Part shown: positions 57,712 to 64,000 of the stretch, in pieces | Numbering within the stretch: the stretch's first letter is position 1 | How the letters are laid out: every line of letters starts with the position of its first letter | Assembly: GCA_049968755.1 (NCBI GenBank) | Contig: JBMFQE010000001.1 | Span: 75,883 to 139,882 of the forward strand | DNA: 64,000 bases | Reading direction: 5' to 3' | DNA from: Bacteroidales bacterium | GTDB taxonomy: Bacteria > Bacteroidota > Bacteroidia > Bacteroidales > DTGW01 | The notes under the pieces: generated by a model | The model's database searches: none | Told to the model about the DNA's origin: nothing | The model's input: only the letters and a program-made list of their open reading frames with translations | Translations under genes and position numbers: made by a program

Positions 57712-58749
57712 CTTAGCTATGTTAAGAAAAAATTTTATTTTAACTTCCCTGCATATACCTCAAGGGGTACTATGCTTGAAAGAGATTGCTGGTTTTTAAT
57801 CTTGCATAGTACATCCGATATATTCGTGGGTGAATGTGCTCCTTTGCACGGGTTAAGCAGGGATAATATCGAAGAAATACCCCAACTACTTGATGACATT
57901 TGCCAAAATTTCAATCATCAAACGCATTTTCCAGCGTTTGATGAGCAACTTTTTCCCTCAGTTGCATTTGCCGTCGAATCGCTGAAATTACAAATTGAAC
58001 ACCAGCAGTGTGGTCTGCATTTTCCATCAAGCTTTACGGAGGGGAGAGAAGGGATTGCCATTAACGGACTTATTTGGGCGGGAACCTTCGAACAGGTACT
58101 TGCCCAGGTCGATGAAAAGGTGAGGATGGGCTTCCCTTGCATCAAAATGAAAATTGGAGCATTATCCTTCGACGAAGAGCTTAGCCTGATCCAATCGGTT
58201 CGTAACCATTATCCACATGTCGAAATACGCCTCGATGCCAATGGTGCCTTTACTCCTGCCGATGCGCTGTCGAAAATTGAGCAGCTGGCTAAATTTAACA
58301 TTCATTCACTCGAACAACCCATAGCAACCGGACAATGGACTGCAATGAAACGTATTTGCGCCAATTCCCCCATCCCCATTGCTCTTGACGAAGAGCTTAT
58401 CCCCATTGTTTCTTTGCAGGAACAACATCAAATGCTCGATTATATTCGACCAACCTATATCATTTTAAAGCCTAGTTTGTTAGGCGGTTTCTCTCGTACC
58501 GAGCAGTGGATTCAAACAGCCAATAGCATGCAAATTGGCTGGTGGGTTACCTCCGCACTGGAAAGTAATGTAGGACTCAATGCCATTGCCCAGTGGACCT
58601 ACCGTGTAGCTCCTCATAGGGTGCATGGGCTGGGTACCGGTAGAATTTACAAAAATAACATTACCTCGCCGCTTCGATTACAGCAGGATAAAATTTATTA
58701 CCAACCCCAATATCTCTGGGATTTTAGTTCTTTGTTCCTAAACGAATAA
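57703..58749 (+). CDS. menC: o-Succinylbenzoate synthase (enolase superfamily)
   Basis: KMKIG, RLDANGAF, LEQP and DEEL catalytic motifs, in men operon context. Confidence 0.9.
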   Translation: MMKLSYVKKKFYFNFPAYTSRGTMLERDCWFLILHSTSDIFVGECAPLHGLSRDNIEEIPQLLDDICQNFNHQTHFPAFDEQLFPSVAFAVESLKLQIEHQQCGLHFPSSFTEGREGIAINGLIWAGTFEQVLAQVDEKVRMGFPCIKMKIGALSFDEELSLIQSVRNHYPHVEIRLDANGAFTPADALSKIEQLAKFNIHSLEQPIATGQWTAMKRICANSPIPIALDEELIPIVSLQEQHQMLDYIRPTYIILKPSLLGGFSRTEQWIQTANSMQIGWWVTSALESNVGLNAIAQWTYRVAPHRVHGLGTGRIYKNNITSPLRLQQDKIYYQPQYLWDFSSLFLNE

Positions 58750-58753
58750 TGTG

Positions 58754-59809
58754 ATGCTCAAGCTCAACGGTCGTAAATATACCAGAATAGAGTTGCAGCA
58801 ACTTTGCTTGCGCTACCGCGATCAGGATGACTGGCTGGGCGATATTTTTAGGTTCATTGACGAGTGGCTCGATCAGAGCACCGACTCCATACAGGTGCAA
58901 ACAAGCGGATCAACAGGGGTGCCTAAAATCATTCCTTTAAAAAAGCAACACCTCATCCAGTCGGCTATCCGAACACAAGCATTCTTCAATCTCACGTCAG
59001 ATGATAAAGCGTTGCTGTGCTTACCTGCCCGATATATAGCTGGCAAGATGATGATTGTTCGCGCCTTCGTTGTGGGTTACGACCTGATTACCGTTGCTCC
59101 CTCGGCCAATCCTTTTGAACAGTTGGCACAGCCTATAGATTTTACTGCCATTACTCCTTATCAACTTTCCAGCTCGCTTGAGACCCTAAGGGGGTTGAAC
59201 ATTCGAAACGTTATAGTTGGAGGGGCTGAGGTTCCTCCCCAGCTGGAGGCCAGACTGCAACAATTACCCTCAGCCATTTATGCAACCTACGGCATGACCG
59301 AGACAGGATCGCATGTTGCCCTACGCCCCATCAACGGAAACAATGCCTCGCCCTTGTACGAAGCCCTACCCGATGTAACTTTCAGTGTTGACCGGCACAT
59401 GCGTCTCATTATTCAGGCCGATTACCTTACCTATTCCCCCCTCCAAACCAATGATGTGGTTGAGCTGATAGATAGTAAGCATTTTCGCTGGTTAGGCCGT
59501 TACGACCATGTAATCAATTCGGGTGGCATAAAAATTTTCCCCGAAGAGGTGGAAAGAATAATTGCACCCTTTATTCCTTATTCATTCTTTATTGCTTCTC
59601 AGCCCGATGAGGTATTTTCCGAAGTCGTCTGTCTCTACATTGAACGTTCATCACCATTGTCTGAAACCGAACAACAGGCTTTGCTACAGCAAATAAAACC
59701 CCTGTTAACATCCTACCAGCTTCCCAAAAGAATTGTCGTTTTGCCCAGATTTATATTTTCGGCTAACGGTAAGCTGTTGCGTAAAGAAACCCTATTAAAA
59801 TATCAATAA
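58754..59809 (+). CDS. menE: o-Succinylbenzoate--CoA ligase (short Bacteroidota form)
   Basis: AMP-binding motifs TSGSTGVPK, YGMTE and GRYDHVINSGGIKIFPEEVE. Confidence 0.88.
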   Translation: MLKLNGRKYTRIELQQLCLRYRDQDDWLGDIFRFIDEWLDQSTDSIQVQTSGSTGVPKIIPLKKQHLIQSAIRTQAFFNLTSDDKALLCLPARYIAGKMMIVRAFVVGYDLITVAPSANPFEQLAQPIDFTAITPYQLSSSLETLRGLNIRNVIVGGAEVPPQLEARLQQLPSAIYATYGMTETGSHVALRPINGNNASPLYEALPDVTFSVDRHMRLIIQADYLTYSPLQTNDVVELIDSKHFRWLGRYDHVINSGGIKIFPEEVERIIAPFIPYSFFIASQPDEVFSEVVCLYIERSSPLSETEQQALLQQIKPLLTSYQLPKRIVVLPRFIFSANGKLLRKETLLKYQ

Positions 59810-59945
59810 TACCTTTTATAGGATTTATCTTGCGCCTGTTTTTTCGAATGATTAATGATTCAAGTTTGTTGGAAAAAATCAATATTTTTTGTGATAACCA
59901 TTGTTTATTAATATATTTTTTGCGCGTTGCGGCTAAAGCAAAATA

Positions 59946-59970
59946 GGAACAAAAATTTTTCACTCCCCGT
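59946..59970 (+). promoter_or_regulatory. Candidate ECF-type promoter (GGAAC-N17-CGT)
   Basis: GGAAC at 59946-59950 and CGTA at 59968-59971, 64 nt upstream of the sigma factor start. ECF sigma genes are often autoregulated from GGAAC/CGT-type promoters. Confidence 0.3.
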
Positions 59971-60033
59971 AGGATTTTTTGTAAATTGTCATCTTAATAA
60001 ACAGAAAAAGGACACGCACTAAATCTGTTTTCT

Positions 60034-60630
60034 GTGAATGCTGACGTTGAATCAAAAAAAGCTTTGGCCGACGAAGACATTGTAACGTTTGTACTGGAAG
60101 GTCATACCGATCTATTCAGAATACTGGTCGATCGTTACAAGGATAAGGTTTTTCATACGGGTATGGGTTTTTTGCACAACCGACACGATGCCGAAGATTT
60201 GGTGCAGGAGGTGTTTCTGCAGGTTTATTCTTCCTTGTCGGGTTTTCAACATCGATCAGTTTTTTCGACCTGGCTCTATCGTATTACGGTTAACGCGGCG
60301 TTGAATATGCTACGAAAGAAATCGGGTAAGTCGTTTATAAATTTTGCTAATCTGCACAGGGATCGACCCGATACGTTTCATTCCAATAGCGAAAATCCTG
60401 AACAGAAGATGATACAAGAGGAGGGGAAAGCATGGCTTAGGGAATCCATCACTCGCTTACCCGAAAAGCAGCGGGCAGCCCTTGTGCTTAGCTATTATAA
60501 CGATTTGCCGCAGAAAGAGATTGCCGAAATACTGGGCACCACAGAGGGGGCTGTTGAATCGCTTCTGCAGCGTGCTAAAGAAAATTTAAGAAAAAATATG
60601 GGGATTACCCGTAGGAAAAATCAATTGTAG
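60034..60630 (+). CDS. ECF-type RNA polymerase sigma-70 factor
   Basis: Region 2 (DAEDLVQEVFLQVY...WLYRITVNAALN) and region 4 (QKEIAEILGTTEGAVESLLQRAKENL). GTG start. Confidence 0.85.
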   Translation: MNADVESKKALADEDIVTFVLEGHTDLFRILVDRYKDKVFHTGMGFLHNRHDAEDLVQEVFLQVYSSLSGFQHRSVFSTWLYRITVNAALNMLRKKSGKSFINFANLHRDRPDTFHSNSENPEQKMIQEEGKAWLRESITRLPEKQRAALVLSYYNDLPQKEIAEILGTTEGAVESLLQRAKENLRKNMGITRRKNQL

Positions 60631-60653
60631 GTTTCTTAATAGAAAAATAGCTT

Positions 60654-61109
60654 ATGAACTGCGAAAGTTGCCAAAGATTGCTGTTTACGATAGGGTTTCA
60701 TCGCCTTTCGGACACGCTGAAACAGGAAGTATTGAACCACGTTGATGGTTGCAGCAAATGTGCTGCCTTTTATCAACTCGAACATCAGTTAATCGAGCTT
60801 GTGGAGGAGGAAAAACGATTGCAACCCACCACCGACATTGTCGACCGGGTAATGGATCGTATTGTTGAAAAAGAGCATAAGTCTTTTGCGCATAGGCAGG
60901 GGGTTAGTTTATCGTGGACTGCCGTATGGCGGGCCGTTGCTGCCGGAGTACTGATACTGTTATCCGTGGCAGTAGGTGTTTATATGGGAAACCTCAATCG
61001 CAAAACATTGCAAAATCCGCAGGAATTGACTTTGCTGGATGATGCCCAACTTGAATCATTTTATGTGTACTATGAAACACCCATGTTCCTGCGAACGCAA
61101 ACACAATAG
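60654..61109 (+). CDS. Anti-sigma factor (zf-HC2-like N-terminus, single TM)
   Basis: CESC...H...C..C N-terminal motif and a TM segment AVAAGVLILLSVAVGVYM, immediately downstream of the sigma gene. The last 13 codons lie inside repeat copy C. Confidence 0.7.
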   Translation: MNCESCQRLLFTIGFHRLSDTLKQEVLNHVDGCSKCAAFYQLEHQLIELVEEEKRLQPTTDIVDRVMDRIVEKEHKSFAHRQGVSLSWTAVWRAVAAGVLILLSVAVGVYMGNLNRKTLQNPQELTLLDDAQLESFYVYYETPMFLRTQTQ

Positions 61110-61172
61110 TGATAAAATTGCGAACATGGGTGTTCCATCCTACCTTTAAAAATTAATTTTATTATGATGAAA
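61070..61172 (+). repeat. Copy C of the ~104-nt intergenic repeat family
   Basis: CTATGAAACACCCATGTTCCTGCGAACGCAAACACAATAGTGATAAAATTGCGAACATGGGTGTTCCATCCTACCTTTAAAAATTAATTTTATTATGATGAAA. The arms at 61076-61088 and 61122-61134 are perfect complements (13 bp). Confidence 0.9.
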
Positions 61173-61186
61173 AATAAATTTTTTCC

Positions 61187-61735
61187 ATGGATCTGGTTAA
61201 AAAGCAAAAATGGCTGACGTGGGCTGTAATAGTCCTTGCCGTGATGAATATTTCGACCTGGGGCACGCTTATATACCATCATTATTTTACCAGCGAATTA
61301 ACCCCAGCTTATGTACAGGGTACCCAAGATAATATCAGTCTTAGCGGTCGGTTTTTCAGGCAACAGCTACAGTGGGATGAAGAGCAGATGAATCAGTTCA
61401 GACGCATACACCCCCATTTTCGGCAGCAGGTACAAGATATTCTTGCCCACATGAATCGACATAAATATGCTATGCTCAATATCATGAGATCCGACTCGTG
61501 CGATACGCTTCGACTCAATGCACTATCCGATTCCATTGGTTACTGGCATAGCCAGCTTAAGCGGGCTACCTATTGCTATTATTTTGAGCTTAAAAAAATT
61601 TGCAGGCCCGACCAGCGGTCGCAGCTCGACCAAATATTTACCCGGCTGCTGACAAATGATTCGCAAGCCAGCATGGGTGGAGGACACCGTCGGCGCATGC
61701 AACACCCCATGCATCAACAGGGAAATTCTTATTAA
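61187..61735 (+). CDS. Membrane-anchored periplasmic Spy/CpxP/ZraP-like (heavy-metal-sensor family) protein
   Basis: N-terminal anchor, helical Q/R-rich repeats, and a His-rich tail GGGHRRRMQHPMHQQ. It is in the third-gene position typical of sigma/anti-sigma/Spy-like trios. Confidence 0.6.
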   Translation: MDLVKKQKWLTWAVIVLAVMNISTWGTLIYHHYFTSELTPAYVQGTQDNISLSGRFFRQQLQWDEEQMNQFRRIHPHFRQQVQDILAHMNRHKYAMLNIMRSDSCDTLRLNALSDSIGYWHSQLKRATYCYYFELKKICRPDQRSQLDQIFTRLLTNDSQASMGGGHRRRMQHPMHQQGNSY

Positions 61736-61759
61736 GGTTAAATAATTAAAACAGTAATG

Positions 61760-61862
61760 CTATGAAACACCCATGTTCCTGCGAACGCAAACACAATAGT
61801 GACAAAAGTTCCAACATGGGTGTTCCATCATACCTTAAAAATTAAATTTTATAATTATGAAA
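61760..61862 (+). repeat. Copy D of the ~104-nt intergenic repeat family
   Basis: It has the same 5' 50 nt as copies B and C, arms at 61766-61777 and 61813-61824 (12 bp), and ends in the ATG of the 61857 gene. Confidence 0.9.
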
Positions 61863-62168
61863 AGATTAGTATTTGTAATGGGATTAAGTGCCATGCTTTC
61901 GACAGCATGGCTGAGTGCACAAACTTCAGGCAATAGTGTTTCACAGCCCGTAGGGCAGGGTAGAGGAGCATATGTCGATGCCAACAAAAATGGCGTATGC
62001 GACAACTACGAGGTCAGGCAGGCAACGGTGGCTGGTAAACGTGGGCAGAGAAATAACCCAGGTGGCTACGGCCGTGGATGGGGCGGTTCGCAACGCGGAA
62101 AAAATTTTGTGGATGCCAACAAAAATGGCGTGTGCGACAATTATGAGAATAGAATGCAGCAGAAGTAA
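61857..62168 (+). CDS. Small secreted Gly/Arg-rich protein with two EF-hand-like loops
   Basis: Signal peptide (LSTAWLSAQ) and a duplicated motif VDANKNGVCDNYE that fits the 12-residue EF-hand loop pattern D-x-N-x-N-G-x-x-D-x-x-E. Confidence 0.6.
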   Translation: MKRLVFVMGLSAMLSTAWLSAQTSGNSVSQPVGQGRGAYVDANKNGVCDNYEVRQATVAGKRGQRNNPGGYGRGWGGSQRGKNFVDANKNGVCDNYENRMQQK

Positions 62169-62225
62169 CGGTTAAAAAGGGGGAACCAATATCATTGTAT
62201 GGTTTAAATTTTTGTCATAAGGCTT

Positions 62226-62272
62226 ATATACCTGGCAGATACGTCGAACGCAACTTATCTGCCAGTGTATAT
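62226..62272. terminator. Long hairpin between convergent genes
   Basis: CTGGCAGATA (62232-62241) and TATCTGCCAG (62256-62265) form a perfect 10-bp stem, extendable by ATATAC/GTATAT with one bulge. Confidence 0.5.
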
Positions 62273-62321
62273 AGCAATAATTTTTAGGAATTGGTCAGGT
62301 CACCCGCATCGCCCTGCTTTT

Positions 62322-63656
62322 TTATAGCAACGAGCTGGCTAAATCGGCCAGGTAGCTCCGTTCGCCTTTGACCAGGTTTACATGGGCAAAAATTTCCTGT
62401 CCCCTCATCCTATCGATAAGGTAGCTCAGCCCGTTCGACATGCTGTCGAGATAGGGGGAGTCGATTTGCTGGATATCGCCAGTAAAAACCATTTTGGTCC
62501 CCTCGCCGGCGCGGGTAATGATTGTTTTTACCTCGTGGGGGGTAAGATTCTGAGCCTCGTCAACAATGAAGAAGGCGTTGGAAAGCGTACGACCGCGAAT
62601 GTAGGCCAGCGGAGTTATCAGCAGTTTTTCGTTTTTTTGTAGTTCTTCGATATGGATGTATTCCTTGCTCGAAGCTTTAAATTTATGCTTAATTACAGCC
62701 AGGTTGTCGTAGAGGGGTTGCATGAAGGGAGCAATTTTTTCGCTAACATCGCCCGGTAGAAACCCCATATCGCGATTGGCCAGTGGAATTATGGGACGTG
62801 CCAAATATATTTGTTCGTACTGATTTTCCTGATGAAGCGCAGCGGCAAGTGCGAGAAGTGTTTTGCCCGTTCCTGCCTTGCCCGTTAGCGCTATCAGTTG
62901 AATCTCGGGTCGTAGCAAAGCATCCATGGAAAAAGTCTGCTCGGCATTGCGGGGCTCAATACCATAACATTTACTCTTTTCGATACGCTCTACCCTATGC
63001 CCAAACGGGTTGTAGCGGGCAAGTACACTGGAGTGACCATTTCGCAGCACAAAGTACTGATTGGGCAGGGGCTGACTTTTGACCGGTAAATCAGAAAATG
63101 GAATACCCTCTTTGTTTTCGTAAAGAGCCGATATGATTCGCTGGTCGATATTTTCGATACATTCTATATTTTTCGAAAAGAAGGCAATATCGTGCACCTT
63201 ATCAGATTTGTAGTCCTGAGCCAGAATGCCGATGGATTTGGCCTTCATGCGAAGGTTGATATCCTTGGAGACCAGAATTATTTCGCGCTGTGTGGGTAAA
63301 TACTTATTTCGCAAATAGTCGCAAATAGCCAGAATTCGATGGTCGGGCGTGGGTTCCGGAAAGGAATCGAGCAGGGTCTTTGAAAAAGGTTTTCCGGTTT
63401 CGATGAACAGTTTACCCCGCTTTTTACCCAATGGAATACCTCCCTCGAAGAGCTTTTCGCCCGACAGTAAGTCAAGTTCTCGGGTAAATTCCCTTGCATG
63501 CAGGTTAATCAGATCACTTCCACGTTTTAGCCTATCGAGTTCTTCGAGGACCACAATGGGGAGTACAATGTCGTTTTCTTCAAAATTGTAAATACATTTG
63601 TAGTCGTGCAGAATTACGTTTGTGTCGAGGACAAAAGTCTTTTTGCTTCGTGCCAT
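62322..63656 (-). CDS. PIN-domain + PhoH-like ATPase fusion (PhoH2/YlaK family)
   Basis: N-terminal PIN (VLDTNVILHD), Walker A GKAGTGKT, and PhoH motifs (VDEAQN, TGDIQQID). Confidence 0.88.
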   Translation of the reverse strand: MARSKKTFVLDTNVILHDYKCIYNFEENDIVLPIVVLEELDRLKRGSDLINLHAREFTRELDLLSGEKLFEGGIPLGKKRGKLFIETGKPFSKTLLDSFPEPTPDHRILAICDYLRNKYLPTQREIILVSKDINLRMKAKSIGILAQDYKSDKVHDIAFFSKNIECIENIDQRIISALYENKEGIPFSDLPVKSQPLPNQYFVLRNGHSSVLARYNPFGHRVERIEKSKCYGIEPRNAEQTFSMDALLRPEIQLIALTGKAGTGKTLLALAAALHQENQYEQIYLARPIIPLANRDMGFLPGDVSEKIAPFMQPLYDNLAVIKHKFKASSKEYIHIEELQKNEKLLITPLAYIRGRTLSNAFFIVDEAQNLTPHEVKTIITRAGEGTKMVFTGDIQQIDSPYLDSMSNGLSYLIDRMRGQEIFAHVNLVKGERSYLADLASSLL

Positions 63657-63700
63657 CACATCATATTTAAACTGCTTAAAAATACAAAAATTGTTTGAAA

Positions 63701-64000
63701 ATGAACTATGAATCGTGCCTGGAATTTTTATATGGGCAGTTACCTGTGTTTCAGCAACAGGGGAAAAGAGCGCTTCGTTACGATTTATCTAATATTAGCC
63801 ATTTGTGTGCACATTTTAAGGAACCGCAGCAGCAATTTAAGAGCATTCACATTGCCGGTACCAATGGAAAGGGGTCGGTAAGTCATCAGCTGGCTTCCAT
63901 TCTGCAATCGGCAGGGTATAGGGTAGGATTATACACTTCGCCCCATCTGGTTGATTTTCGGGAGCGAATCAGGGTCAATGGGCAGATGATTGATAAGTCG
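63701..64000 (+). CDS. folC: Folylpolyglutamate synthase/dihydrofolate synthase, 5' part (runs off the window)
   Basis: Not in the ORF track because there is no stop in the window. My translation is [36 protein letters not shown]...[42 protein letters not shown], which contains the Mur-ligase P-loop [10 protein letters not shown]. Confidence 0.85.
   Translation, partial: MNYESCLEFLYGQLPVFQQQGKRALRYDLSNISHLCAHFKEPQQQFKSIHIAGTNGKGSVSHQLASILQSAGYRVGLYTSPHLVDFRERIRVNGQMIDKS

Noticed and set aside
59763-59963. 66-aa minus-strand ORF after menE, and the 70-aa minus-strand ORF at 61070-61282.
   Set aside because: The first overlaps the menE 3' end and the putative ECF promoter region. The second is antisense to repeat copy C and the start of the 61187 gene. 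Neither has supporting signals.
61121-61136. CGAACATGGGTGTTCC resembles a Gram-positive LexA (Cheo) box, GAAC-N4-GTTC.
   Set aside because: The spacing in this sequence is GAAC-N6-GTTC. The downstream genes are not DNA-repair genes, and recF in the same window lacks the motif.
61072-61149. A 25-codon mini-ORF (MKHPCSCERKHNSDKIANMGVPSYL) inside each copy of the 104-nt repeat, which could be a conserved micro-peptide.
   Set aside because: In copy A the ATG is ATA, and copy D has a 1-nt deletion that changes the C-terminus. Across the four copies I count about 9 non-synonymous versus 3 synonymous nucleotide differences, close to the neutral expectation. There is no sign of purifying selection on the peptide.
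52278-61862. The repeat family as a riboswitch or other cis-regulatory leader RNA.
   Set aside because: The downstream genes (a small lipoprotein, menC, a Spy-like protein, an EF-hand-like protein) share no pathway. The stem shows no compensatory substitutions (copy B simply loses pairing). One copy overlaps a coding 3' end. This pattern fits a dispersed repeat better than a ligand-sensing RNA.

Overview
This is a 64-kb, mostly housekeeping chromosomal segment from an anaerobic member of the Bacteroidota. The assignment rests on TAnnTTTG -7 promoter boxes in front of many genes and both tRNAs, a T9SS C-terminal sorting domain, two ExbB/ExbD/TonB clusters, a menaquinone operon, and about 40-45% GC judged by eye. 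Coding density is high, with about 60 CDS and 2 tRNAs (initiator Met-CAT and Pro-UGG). I saw no rRNA, CRISPR array, transposase, integrase or phage gene. Main blocks, in window order: a 5'-truncated giant T9SS surface protein; a REC-PAS-HisKA_3 kinase with a LuxR-type regulator; a PstS-like/TPR/ExbB/ExbD/ExbD/TonB cluster; and a beta-propeller-SpoIIE phosphatase. Then follows a tightly packed 9-gene minus-strand operon encoding a HydABC-type (electron-bifurcating type) [FeFe]-hydrogenase preceded by five putative regulatory genes (DRTGG, Ser-kinase-like ATPase, DRTGG, PHP, GHKL ATPase). After that come three lipoprotein genes; aspS, recF, a Fur-family regulator gene, cysE and an orphan hypB; a second ExbB/ExbD/TonB set next to tamB; tsaD, an acyl-CoA carboxyltransferase with a biotin carrier, lptF/G and ffh; a seven-gene men operon; an ECF sigma/anti-sigma/Spy-like/EF-hand-like module; PIN-PhoH; and the 5' end of folC. 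The most unusual signal is a family of four ~104-nt intergenic repeats between 52.3 and 61.9 kb. Each carries a 12-13 bp hairpin or double dyad, a promoter-like TACCTTTA box and an ATGATGAAA start. The copies abut or overlap upstream stop codons and supply the start codon of menC. Two copies bracket part of the men operon in inverted orientation, and two bracket the Spy-like gene in direct orientation.
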